Part shown: piece by piece, positions 11,780 to 24,039 of the stretch
Numbering within the stretch: position 1 is the first letter of the stretch
Layout of the letters: every line of letters starts with the position of its first letter
NCBI GenBank assembly: GCA_024137785.1
Contig: JAHRHZ010000099.1
Coordinates: 11,925,872-11,989,871 of the forward strand
DNA from: Ginglymostoma cirratum
Lineage: Eukaryota
Direction: 5' to 3'
Length of the DNA: 64,000 nucleotides
Notes under the pieces: generated by a model
The model's database searches: none
Told to the model about the DNA's origin: nothing
What the model saw: the letters and a program-made list of their open reading frames with translations, nothing else
Program-made: the position numbers and the translations under genes

Positions 11780-12400
11780 GGGCAGAGGGAGCACAGGTTC
11801 CCAGATTATCAGATGTTACTGGATGCTGACTGGAGACTTTGATTGAGGTAGTACAAGGTAAGAGAGATATCCTGTATGGACTGACATGGAGATCAATGTC
11901 AAGGATCAAATCCTGAGAACTTGGATGCCATGCAGAAAGAGGTTAAATGACCTCACGTGAGCAGTCAGTGAGTGAATATATCTTCAAAAGCAATATCCCA
12001 CCGACTGCATCGTTACCTTCATAGGCAACTCAGTTTACCACACTCCCATCATTCATCTACCAATAACCACTATCAATCGGGACTCATACCTACATTTATA
12101 TGCTCCACTGCAGCCTCACATGTTTGGAATTGCTACAAGCCTCATACCCACACTTCACAAATTATAAACACTATCAACCATCCAACTACAGGAGCCGAAT
12201 CATACTCACTTGCAGACATTCCACTCTCATGCAGAACAAGGTGGTGCACACCGTTAGGCGACAGAAGCTAACCAAAAGAGGATCGATATATCTCATGTTT
12301 TGATAGCCACGGTGAAGTCTATGCTAACCATTACTGGGATATCCATTGCACAGACCATGGCTGACAGAACAGCTAAAACCGTTGAAGATGGTGATATTCT
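11780..12400 (+). mobile_element. PIF/Harbinger Myb/SANT-like gene fossil
   Basis: Pieces read ..PR../DAD/ETLIEVVQGKRDILY and CRKRLNDL, with a second exon-like QNKVVHTVRRQKLTKRG at ~12230. Confidence 0.55.
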
Positions 12401-12489
12401 CAAACCTAATTCTTCTTTTCACATCAACATGTCACATTTGCTCAGTTTAGGTCTTCCTTCTCTGAAATGGTCATCAGTCTATTGAATTC

Positions 12490-12695
12490 ACTTCCACAAA
12501 GTGCAATGGAAGCCAGGATGTTGAACGCATTTTAGGAGGAGACAGACTTTTAATTCTTAATGGCTTAAAGGGTTATGGAGAGGGGGCAGGATAGTGGTGA
12601 GAAGGCCCAGATGAGATCAGCCATGATCATATTAAATGATGCATCAGGCTTGAGGGGCTGAATTGTCTACTCCAACTTCTAATTCTTATGTTCTT
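12490..12695 (+). mobile_element. CR1 3' end fragment
   Basis: ...aagggttatggagag...gatcagccatgatcatattaaatg...gaggggctgaattgtctactcc...ttcttatgttct. Confidence 0.8.
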
Positions 12696-12729
12696 GCCAT
12701 GACCAAGTGCTATTTTTATTTTGAAGGAC

Positions 12730-13025
12730 TAACCACATACACCTTCCTTACGTGATAACGGACAGTGATCTGCCAGAGGTGGAAAATATCTCCAGTTCCA
12801 GCTGAAACAAGCAAGGGATAGAAAGCTCTGCCACCAAGGTCACCTGCATAGACAACGGCAATTTGTTCTTCATCCTTTTTTCTGAAGTAGCAGTTGTGGT
12901 TCGCAGCAGGTAGCAGATTTTAGTGAGGATGCCTTACTGAAGTACGATCAGTAGATGTATTATTCCTCACTGATGGTCATCTGAAGATCATTGCTTTCTT
13001 TTTGAATACCCTGGGAGAATATGAT
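12730..13025 (-). mobile_element. PIF/Harbinger transposase fossil, convergent with the Myb/SANT fossil
   Basis: Frameshifted minus-strand pieces YSPRVF, ISEE, LTKICYLL, LPLSMQVT and AGTGDIFHLWQITVRYHVRKV resemble the HARBI1-like N-terminus. Confidence 0.6.
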
Positions 13026-15489
13026 TCCTCTGACAATCTTTCTCATTCTTCTCATACTTTCTCTTCCTGCTCTGTGCAACCTCTACGTATTTCCAAATTA
13101 TGTTGCATTCTGAAGGAAATGGCAAGTATTGCACCCATTTGTAGGAACAACTGATTTGTACAGAAAGTTCAAAGTCAGCAATATGTTCCTCAACATCAAC
13201 TGCCCCATTCTCTATGGATTGTTATCACATCAACAGCTATAGAAAACACCACTCATAGTATCAGTCAAAGCAACAGCCTTACAAATATCAAACAGCAACC
13301 AACTTATAGTCAGGTGATGACTTTTGTGCTGGCGCAAAGGGTCCTTCCTGCTGCAGGACATGTGCTCAGCAGTATCAAGTTAAGAGAGGTCATTAGCTTG
13401 GAAATTCAGCTATAAAGTGGCACTGCTGGAGTACAGTTGGCTTTTCTGCAAATTGATGTTATAACCTGCCTGCTCTGCATATTTCTGTTTATGGGTTAAT
13501 GTCCTCATTGATGTCTTAACTCATCCCAAAAGTGTTTGTGCATGTTGCAAACACTAGTTGGGTCTCCACGTGTCATCATTTCAAAAGAATGGACACTATT
13601 GATCCTAATTTTTAAAACTTATCTTTCACATTTCAAGTAGAATGTAGACTTCCTTTTAAATGCCTCATTCATATTTCATAGGGTGGTCAAAAGACAGCAT
13701 GCCCAGAAGAAAGACTCCATGGAAAACATCTTCAGTGATTTACATTTGGCTAGAAGCTGTTTTGCAATATTCTTCATTGTTTTATTCTTTGCATTCTATG
13801 TTCTCTTCCCGACAAAACACCCACTCAGTCTTAGTTTGAATGTAGTCAAGTGCTCAGGCTTAACTCTTTACTGGTACTATGCAAGTCACAATGCAATAGC
13901 TAAACATCCCTATACTAAACTAGTAGCTAACAGAGCTAGTAGATTTGGGTTGATTTTTATAATTGGATTAAGTAAATTAGCTCTCCCTTAAAAATAAATG
14001 CTCAAACCAGTGCATAAATTTAAATAATCCAAAGTATATTGTCTGATCACCTAATCAGTGAAATCAAGTAAAGCAAAACAAAAGACAAACTTTAATACAT
14101 GCCACTGCACTATTCCAAAATAGAAAGCTGAGATAACAATGTTAGAAGATTGTTGCTCAATTGAATAATCTCAACTATCCAACAGGTAGATCTTTCATTG
14201 TTCTTGCCCTTTTAAATTTGGGAAGTAATCTTCTAATTAAGGCTAGCATTATGTACAGGTATTGGCAGCTATCTTTAAATTTTACTAGCTTCTTCCACAT
14301 TGCGATAATTATTTAATGTAATGATATTTTGACCCAATTCTTGAACAATACACAGGAATTACCTTCCCTTTAAACTTTTTGATAAATTTTCTCCCTTTAA
14401 TGTTGACTGTATGCCTTTACAGGGGTTCGGATTTGAAGGGCTGAATGGGCTACTCCTGCTCTATTCCTTTTGTTACATTCTTACGTAAGTGCAAAATAAG
14501 AATTCTCTTTTGTTTTCTGTCTCCCTTTCTGTCATAGACTCCCTGTCTTTGTGTCTCCTGCAAAATAATCTATTATTCATATGGAATTATTTATGGCTAT
14601 ATCAAAGATTATTAATGGAAAGATAATTATAAAATGTAGATCTAGAATTTTCTATAGATTTTGCTGTCTCTGGAGCATTTTGCTGGCTCTTTCCAAGCTT
14701 CCAACTAGGTAGTTGCCCAAGCAGGATCAATATCTTCTTTCTTTAACTCCCTAATGATACCTGTGGATTGAAAAAAGCAAAGAGCAAATTCCTTGGCATG
14801 AGTTCATTTCATCGTAAATGTATATTTAGCATTTGTTGGGGGTATAATCTTTCAATGGTCTGATTGTCTACAAACGTCGTTGATTGATATCTGAAATGTT
14901 GTAAACTGGTAGAGAGTCTTGAATGTGTGCTGTCAAAGCAAAGGAATAAAGCAACAAACATGATCAAATTATATATCAGACTACAATGGATTGATCTGCT
15001 CCCAACAACTTCTGACTGGTTGGGTTAGGTTTAAATTACCATTATGTGGTAGGGAGATGATTATATGTGGCATCAAATAACTATCAATAGATCTGTTCAA
15101 CTATTCATAAACACTCCAAGGATTGAAATATCTATCCAGTTATGTATCAGTTGGCACAAAACAAGGGCCACCACAGAAGGTAACAAATGGACATTGTTTT
15201 GAGATCAGACACTGTATTTTGGGTTTTGGTAAAGTTGCACTCAGTTTTAATTTCCCTTTCATTTTATATTTAAAATAGACAAATGGGTTATGAGACACAG
15301 TTTTTATGGAATTTTCATTTCAGTTAAATTGATCTGCACATTTGAGTGAAGGTACAACAAAATGTGCATTTACATTATGGATCTAAAATTATTCAGCAGT
15401 TTGATTCAAACCAATTCCTTCAGCAAACTTATTATCAAAGTACAATGCTCAGGTAAATTCATTCAGATATCTCAAGTTAATATTGAAAT

Positions 15490-16225
15490 CCATTTGGAGG
15501 ATAACTCAAGTTATTGACTTTTGCACGAATGATGAAGAGAGACAATGCAAACAAACTGAGATGATCTTAAAGGCAGCCCTGAAACAGGAAAAACCTGGAG
15601 GCTTATCTTTGAATGTGGCAGAACAAATTTAAAAGGCTTTTAAAATGGTATGTGGGATGGTTGGCTTTGTAAATAAAACACAGGGTACAAAAACAAGGAA
15701 GTTAGATGTTTGTGAAATTTTCGTAAAACCCTGGTTATTACCCAGATGTGGTATGACGGATGATGCTACAGCACTTCAGGAAGCATGCCAAGACCTCAGA
15801 GAGTTTGCAGAGGAGATTTACTGGAATGGGATTTAGATGAAGCTCCTCAGTTATGTGGCAAGACTGGAGAAACTGTAGCAGAAAACATCAAGGGGATTTG
15901 GTGGAGATAGACAACATCACGAAGGGTTCTGATAAAGTAAATAGAAGAGTAAGTAGGAGAAACTCTTTCCAGAAAGGGATCAGAGGACAAAGTTTTACAG
16001 TGATTGGCTAAAATAATCAGATGCAAAAATATTTTATATGTAGCAGATGATAAAAAAATTGAAATGCACTTTCTGAAAGGGTGATGGAAGGAGATCTAAT
16101 TATCTTTTTCAAACACAAAGTGAATATTTAAAAAGCTTTTGGCTTTGTGGAGTGAGAGAAATTCAATAATCCTTTCAAAGAGCCATCACATGCCTGGTTC
16201 TGTGCTGCATCACTCCATGATTCCA
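15490..16225 (+). mobile_element. heavily decayed CR1 ORF2 C-terminus and tail
   Basis: GMVGFVNK.QG.K.R.....F.K.W pattern, gttatgtggcaagactggagaaactg, tail cctggttctgtgctgcatcactccatgattcc. Confidence 0.6.
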
Positions 16226-17479
16226 TGAACTTATTTGGTTCAATATTACAGGGGTTTGAGCAAGTGGGCCATGGTGACAATTATGGCAGAATTGGGGGTG
16301 AAGGCTGGTGAGCCCTACCTCTAAATTCAGAGCTTCTCATGCCATCTTTCATACTTTCAGACATGGCATGGTGAGATTCGCATGAGTAGGGGTGAGTTAC
16401 CAATTATAGGGATTATTGCTTGTTGAACACGTTGCTGAATCAATCTGCCTCATTAATCAGCTTTCTATCTTTCTGAACTTGTCAAAACAAGCTAGAAAAT
16501 GAAAAAAAAACTCAACATGGAAAACAGAGTGGGAACTTCGTGGATTCAGCTCACTGCTCACTCCAAAAGACCTCCGGGTTGTGTTCAAACAGCAACCCAG
16601 GGTATAGTCAGTGGGAAACAGCCATGTGCATCCTTCATCCATAAACAATGACATCTGGCATATGACAACCCTTAACAACCATCACAGAACCTCTTTGATA
16701 CATGGCAGAGTGCTCTGGAAGCACAGACTTACATTGCAGGGTGCATTGACAGCTAACATTGGAAGGCTGTAGAAAGGATACTTTATGTGTATAGGCAGGG
16801 ACCCAGCTCACAGATTGGACAAGGCTGTATCTCAGAGCTGCTCACTTGTTCTGTTAGTGATTGCTCACATAGCACCTACCTGCATTCTCATACCATCCAT
16901 GCCCTGCCTTGCCGTGCCAATTAGCAGTCACACAACCAGGCAGCTTGTCTTGATACTCAGCAGGCCTCAGTCAAGCGAGTGTACGTCTTGCTGTATGGCA
17001 GTGTCTACATCAATCTTACACCCGCACCTTCTGCCAGCAGCTTATATGGCAAACACACTTTGTCTAAAAGTCTTAGGGGAGTACTCCTCTCTAAAATCCA
17101 TGGAAGAACTCATCAGTTAGGGGATCCTGCACAGTAAGTCAATGGCAGCAACCAGGAGTCTGCCCAGAGGATTGGCCACAGTCATGTGATCTGAGTAGGG
17201 GGGTCCATGCCTCTGCAGTCAGGGAAGCGAGCCATGGTCAGTGCTATAGTTCAGATGATATCCAGTCCAGAAGGTGGAGCTAACACAGTTGGGCAGATGT
17301 ACCAGTCAAGGGTCTGGGCACAGCTCATCCAGGGCTGTCCACTTATGTCACTCAAGGGAGTGAGTCATAGTCAGTCCATCAGCTCTGTTCACTGAAACCA
17401 GGGGAAAGGGGGTTGGGGGAGGTCACATGATGGGATTCAGCAAGAAAAGATTTGGCAAGTTTAACAGGAAAAGATAAAG

Positions 17480-17810
17480 ATAAAGATAAACTATTTCCAG
17501 TGAATCAGGTTTCAAAAATTATGGGCGATCGCCTGAGAATTAGGGCCAGACTGTTCAGGAGAGATGTTAGGAAACACTTCTACACACAAAGAATGGTAGA
17601 TGTTTGGAACTGTCTTCCAGAAATGGAAGTGGATGGAGGATCAGTTGTTAATTTTATATCTGATTTAGATAATATTTGTTAAGAAAAGGTATGAAGGGAC
17701 ATTGGTCAAAGACAGATGTATGGAGTTGGGCCACAGATCAGCCATGATCTCAGTGAATGGTGGAACAAGCTTGATTCGCTGAGTGGTCTACTCTTGTTCT
17801 TGTGTTTCTA
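17480..17810 (+). mobile_element. CR1 3' end fragment
   Basis: KLFPV...GDRLRIRARLFRRDVRKHFYTQRMVDVWNCLP followed by the gatcagccatgatctc tail. Confidence 0.85.
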
Positions 17811-20189
17811 ACTTAGGCTTTGAGACTGTGAGCTGCAGGCTGGTGGAAACGGTAGATAAAGTTTGTAAATGGGGAGCAAGGATATCTGCAAGCAAGGGTA
17901 CGGTAAAGCATGTCTGAGAAGGGGCTAGAAGGGAGGTTTTAATAATGATCAGGAGCACTGGTTTCAAGGAAGGATCACTAAATGACCACTTATGCCAAGG
18001 ATTGAGTGGGAACAGTGGGCAGGTGCATGCACACACAGATGGGTTGGGTGGGGACCTGGGGAGGTATGAAGCTTATAGGAAGGGTTATCAGGAAGGGGAT
18101 CTGGACTTACATGGGCTCATCAACACATTGTGATGAAGGCTGCAAGCCACTGGCCAAAGAGCACTTCAGCCTTCCACCATGCTGGGCATTGAAAATGTGC
18201 AATGGAGGAAGAAAATGGCTATGTCTGCACTCATAGTGGGCAAGGTAAGTAACTCAACCTGTGAGAAAGGAGGCTGCAGCACCCACCAGTGTTCGGGCTT
18301 TTCAAGAAAAACAACATTGCACATGGACCTATGCACTGTGCATGACAGTGATCTCTGGGTCCCTATTTCCTGGCCACCCGAACATATTTGCCCTTTCTGT
18401 ATGATGTAAGTCTCTGTCACAGATACTACTGGGACAATGAATTGACAGTTATACTTTTGGACTTAAAGGCTGTGAAATGATGGCTATAACGTATGAGGAG
18501 GGCCAAAGATATCAGCCTGACGCAATATCATGGATAAGAAAGGCCCTGTTATCCAAATCTCAAGTATCCAGAATTCTCATGCAATTGACATCTGAGATTC
18601 AAATGGGGAATTCCAGATGTTTGAGATGCTGACAGCAGGAACTTTACTGTATTAGCAAGAAGCAACTATCACAATAGGGAACACCGGTGTTTAATGAGTG
18701 ATCCTGGCTGCTTGTTTTTAAAATGTGCGTTCATCTTGTGACAGCGAAAAGTCGAGTTCTCCCAGGCACCATCTCCAGATCCCCTTCCTGATAGCCCTTC
18801 CCATATGCTTCACACCTCCCCAGGTCCCCTATCTGCATATGCATGCATCTGCCTACTGTTCCCACATGCCACTCAGAAATTCAGGTAACGGACACTGCTG
18901 CATTCCTCCTGTGTGCTGGAGACCAGAATGATAACTGAATGTAGATTATTCTAGATGATGCAGCAAGCTCTCAGCACAGATTTCCATCATGCTGTCATCA
19001 AGCCCCACATATAAAGACTAACAGACAGACATAATGCTTAAAACGATGGCCTTTCTATAAAAGTACTAAATTAATTACAACCCATGGTCACCCATCTTAC
19101 CAAAGTGCCTTCAATTTGTTTTCTATCTCCTCTACCTTCCACTACATCTTGGTGAACTCCTTGGTTCTGCAGCTGTGTTGGAGGGTCCCTGCTCAGCAGT
19201 GGAGCCCATTGATCCTGCAGCTTTGGCCAGCCAACCCAGGGGCACTTGTGCCTTGATGAGTCAGACATTCTGAGTGGCTAAGTTGACCCCCTTGTTGTGA
19301 AGTTTCAATGGTCAGAGGGCAGCAGGCAGGGGAGAGGTGGAGGCCACCCCTGGAGTATCCTGAGAGGAGTCTTCTGAAGGGTCTGCGTGTGATCACTGCT
19401 CCAGCTGCCTGCCTCCAGGCACCATCCTGTCTCGATGTGAGGAGGTGATCTGGAGCATGCATTAGGTTTCCCACAACTCAGTCATCATTTGTTCAGCCCC
19501 AAGGACCAGTGGCTGGGGCAACAGAGTGCAGATATGTGACTTTCTCTCCAGCAGACCCTGAGGGTGCTGAGTCTAGCTCTCCAGGCACTGCCAACCTCTC
19601 CATAGACCCAGACAGACAGTCACATAACTCACTACATTGCTACAGCTTCTGGGCAATGAGGACCACTATCTCACACATCCCTGTCTGCTGCTCCTGATCC
19701 CCACTGTGTACGTAGATGAAGTATCTGATTGCTGACTTCACAGGGTCCTTTCCTGTCTGGGGCTGAGCAGGTGCCTGGTCTCTTGCTGCCCTCCAAGCTC
19801 CAGCAGCCTGGAGGGCTTCTTCCTTAGCCAGCTGCACGGCTGTCACTGTGAGGTGCTCACCAGACTGTGGTGTCACACTCTCAATGCACAATATTCCCAT
19901 TGAGGTGTCAATATCTGGTCAGGTGGCAGCCTTGCTGATGCACCCTCTAAGGCCTCTGTACTCTCATCCAAAGAGATCTAGAGCTTCTGGAGGAGCTGGG
20001 CATTTCTCTGGAGAGGTAGTGGAGATGTTGGCTGTGTCTGAAAGACAAAAGAGAGAAGAGTCACCAGAGCTTACAGGTGATGTGCAATGAATGGCACTGA
20101 CAGCAAGATTAATGTGAGAGTAGCTGTGGAGTAAAGAGTGGTAATTATTCCAGAGTCGGGTGGATGGGGGGGAGCGAGTGTGGGTTGGT

Positions 20190-20722
20190 GAGAATCCAAA
20201 TGTTGTTCAGCTTTCCACAGCTCTGTGCTGCAGTGGGCTGTGTTCTCCTGTTATATGAGAAAGGGGGGAAGGGAGTGAGGTGAAAGTGATGGTGTGGGAG
20301 CCAGGCCTAGTGCATGTTGTGGAAAGATGGTGTTACAAGGAAGGCAGTGCAGAGGGCAGGCAGGATTTATGGGAGTTTGGGAGGGAGAGAGTGAGTGAAG
20401 GAAGATGTTGCAGCCAATAGTGAGAGTTGTAGAGAACGAGTCTTGGTCGAAGATCTGTGCAAAAGCAGATGCAGAATGCACATACATTAGGGTAGCGGAG
20501 AAGGTCATTGTATCTATTGAGGAATTGCTGGCTGTTTCTTTAGCTCATGGAGGTGGCACTGACCAGAATGGTGATCTCAGATCAGAATGGTATGATCTGG
20601 TGGTGTGGTCTCCTTTGCCTGTCCTCTGGAAAGTTGACAGCTCTCCTTTAGACCATCAGCTTAACCAGGACCTTGAGGTCCCTGCTGGAGAATTGCAGTG
20701 CCATCTTCTCCTTTTCTGACAT
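20190..20722 (-). mobile_element. PIF/Harbinger Myb/SANT-like gene fossil (exon 1 ~20486-20722, exon 2 ~20190-20250)
   Basis: Minus strand from ATG at 20722: MSEKEKMALQFSSRDLKVLVKLMV*RRAVNFPEDRQRRPHHQIIPF*SEITILVSATSMS*RNSQQFLNRYNDLLR, a Myb/SANT-like DNA-binding pattern with 3 stops. The element probably extends to ~16.3 kb (QG/ID-like and RKGY-like pieces at ~16735-16790 on +). Confidence 0.65.
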
Positions 20723-20775
20723 CTTTCAGAAGTGGCCTTGAGTGAGCAGATCAGCTTCAGAATGCCAGTGCTTGT

Positions 20776-20905
20776 CTGGGTGGAGGCACATGAGATGCCA
20801 GTCTTTTGGCAGATTTCCATTGATTGATTAGTTGTTCTGATAAAAGTACGTGGTAAGATGGAATCAGATGAAACAGATGCCATGGGTGGAGTAGGTAGTT
20901 GATGA
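20776..20905 (+). repeat. 130-bp direct repeat, copy 1
   Basis: Matches 21919-22048 with 6 mismatches. Confidence 0.95.
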
Positions 20906-21149
20906 AGCAAGTTCGGGAAGGTACAGCAACAGAACTCACTAGGCCTTGTTACCACTATCCAATGATTTCAAAACCTCTGATGAGTCCTTTCCTAGATTGG
21001 AAAAATATCGAGACTTGTAACAAACTATAGCAATAAACTAAATTACTTAATAAGTTTACTTTCTTGCTCCCATTAAGTTATATTCAACTGAATTTTATAA
21101 TTTTGGGCAAAGTGCAGGTAATTTTGAGTTTGATGGAGTGATTTCTGGC

Positions 21150-21300
21150 TCATTGCATTATGGGCAAGAACCACATCTGTTTGTGTGTCATCTTACCACA
21201 CGCCCTTCCTGGAGCAACTTGCCACTCATTGGACATCCCAGAATTACTTGTCTCATCGCTGGCGCTGGTGCCACATTTGAAACACCATTGTGTGCTGGGA
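21150..21300 (-). mobile_element. possible LTR-retrotransposon gag zinc-knuckle remnant
   Basis: WCFKCG...APGRACGKMTH resembles a degraded double CCHC knuckle. Confidence 0.3.
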
Positions 21301-21918
21301 CAAGCACCATTGGTCTGGAGCTGCCTTGCATGGTTCCGACCATTTACCCCAGGCATGCAGGACAGGGAGCAAATGGAGTGCCTCCTTCTAGATTTACTTT
21401 TTTCGATGCATATTAAGCTATTTCTAACTCAATAAATTATGATCTGCATATTAAGCTATTTAAGCTAACTTACTGCCTGAAAAGTAGTTCTTGGGGCTAG
21501 TCTGGTGAAATTCTAAAAGTAGGCACTAAATGTCTGTTGAAATATGTCTTTACAGACATTTCAGTCCTCATAACCCATCACATGAATTTGCCTGTAGGTA
21601 CTTAAACAAAATACGTAGGGGTTTAACAGTCAAGCGTTGATTAACCACTATTTTCATGGAGCAGTTCACATGGTTCCATATTGTCATTTCAACTGAAGAT
21701 GTGGAAAATGCTGAATTCACACAGCTGCAAATTTCAGAATTTCTACAAAAACTGCACAATTCTCAACAGAATTATGAAAGGACTCAGATTTATTTTATTC
21801 TTCTTTCACATAATATTAATTTAAAAATGATAACACCATTAAGGAATATTCTTCATGAAACCTTGACAGATCCAATGGACTCCAGGTTGTAATACATACA
21901 GGAAGATTTGACCAGGAC

Positions 21919-22048
21919 CTGGGTGGAGGCACATGAGATGTCAGTCTTTTGGCAGATTTCCATTGATTGATTAGTTGCTCTGATAAAAGCATATGGTAAG
22001 ATGGAATCAGATGAAACAGATGCCATGGGTGGAGTAGGTAGTTAATGA
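21919..22048 (+). repeat. 130-bp direct repeat, copy 2
   Basis: Offset 1143 bp from copy 1. Confidence 0.95.
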
Positions 22049-22933
22049 CTGGAAGGTTTTACTTATGTAAAATGGAATCATTTCTACGTGTCTGCAATTG
22101 GCAATTCTGGCTCAGTTTGCACCCAGAATTGTGCTTGTTTTGAGAAAAGACTCTCTCCCCTCAAGTTTCATTTCTAACTAATTTGCATACTGTTTGACAC
22201 AAAGTCTATCCTGAACAAACACTATTGAGAGCAAACTTCAGTTCATAATCCTTCAAGCTGAATTAATATTTTGATTTCAATGTTTCAAAAAAAATACATT
22301 TTTAAATGATCAGTGAAACGGGGCAATGAAACACATATTTTGAATATTTTTACAAAGGCTTATTCAGACTTGTATATTTGAAATTTATATAATTTGAATG
22401 TTGGTTGTATGTTTCATCTCCTTTTTCACTGTTAAGAGTTTCCTGAAACACGTCAAACTGATGTCAACCAGAACTAGGAAATGAACAAGTGATCCATGAA
22501 GAATTTGACTAGAGAAAAGCCCATCTGCTCCATTTATATGTATTCCTATTCCCAGAGAGACTCTTGTAGTATTATTGTGATCTGTTTTCAGTCCTAATGC
22601 CAAACATTATTTTGAATTCATAAAACTGAACACTTCAACTCAGGGCTGTAGAGAATGTCAGGATGTCAAGTCAGCAGAGAGACTGGGCAATCTAATTATT
22701 ATTGACATTCGTGTTTAAGTATTTTGTTGCATTTAACTGCTGGGGTACATATTTCCATTTTACTTATTCCCACAAGACCTCACAAAATAAGTTCTTGTTC
22801 AGGAATTGTCAGCATAATTTTGTCTAATTAAATGTTATTTTATTAGAAAATAGAAACCTGCTATGTGTGACTTTTGCTGTTTTTAAACCAAGTTGTACAG
22901 CTGAAGCCAAATATTTGTCACGACTTCTGACTT

Positions 22934-23098
22934 GGTAGATAAACAAGAGGCTGGAAGAACACAAGTCAGGCAGTATTTGGAGGATGGACAGTAATACCCA
23001 AAACGTTCACTTCTCCTTTCCTCCAGATGCTGCCTGTCTTGCTGTGTCCTTCCAGCCTCCTGTTTATCTACCTTCCAACCCAGCACCTGCAGTCTCTA
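22934..23098. mobile_element. palindromic Penelope-derived insertion (another subfamily)
   Basis: GGTAGATAAACAAGAGGCTGGAAG...CTTCCAGCCTCCTGTTTATCTACC inverted arms; central taatacccAAAACGTT is a decayed GAAACGTT. Confidence 0.7.
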
Positions 23099-23470
23099 AC
23101 CTTGTCAGTTTGTTAAACAGTCCTGCTGATGAATCCAGAAGGGGGTCTGAGGTATCAGCCTTTTGCTGTGAACTCAGGAGAAGGAAGAGAGAGAGGTGAC
23201 GTAAAAATGACCAGTCACCAAGCTGGGAACATGACATTATCTGAAGAAAAATGTTATCTTTTTCCGGGGTTGCTCAAAGTATAAAGCTGACTAGGATAAT
23301 TATGCTATAGTTTTACTTGGTTTCTTGATTTTGAGTAGGATATGGCAGATAAAGTGAAAAATGTAAATTCACTTGCTGCCTATGAAATGAAACAGCTCAG
23401 TGATTTGGATCTGGCCTCTCACTATTAAAAGATCAGTGAACGGTGCATGTGAAGAGGTGTGAAAGACACA

Positions 23471-24039
23471 GGACAGGATTTTTTTCAGATCTACAGGGTT
23501 TCCTGGATTAAGGACTGGCATGATTAGCAATCATGCATGACTGCTAATCATGCCAGTCCCACATCCAGATGATGGCTCATTCAGTGTTAAGTGGCTGGAG
23601 ATTGGGCTTCCAGGCCTCACTCTGACCAAAATCCTGCCTTATGGAGCTGTCAATAATCTGATCGACTGGCAGCTCCACAATCCAAGCTGAGCCTGTGGCA
23701 GCAATGACCAGCGCCGAGGCGACAAAGAGCCCCTAGGTCACAATTCCCAGAGTCAAAAGCCGGGTAGATGTGGGTGGTTTCTCAGCACGGAGAATAGGTG
23801 AGGCCCAGTGGAGATAGGGAAACATGGGGTGAGGATCTTAATGGAGTGACTGGGCAGGAACAACATTTAAGTTACACTTAAGGGCATCCACAAGGGCAAG
23901 GGGAAAAAGGCTTCATCTGCCTTCAGTAAAATTGCAGCCAGGTTGGGGGTGTATAAGAGGGCAATTTCAAGGCCAACTGAGAAATTTTTACGGGACCCTG
24001 ACTGCAAACTCACTGAATGGAAAGCATAAAATTCTGCCC
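23471..24039. mobile_element. probable non-autonomous DNA transposon (Harbinger-like MITE)
   Basis: Imperfect terminal inverted repeats GGACAGGATTTT (23471) and AAAATTCTGCCC (24028-24039); GC-richer interior. Confidence 0.4.
23512..23559. repeat. 48-bp palindrome
   Basis: GGACTGGCATGATTAGCAATCATG|CATGACTGCTAATCATGCCAGTCC, 1 mismatched pair, no spacer. Confidence 0.95.
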
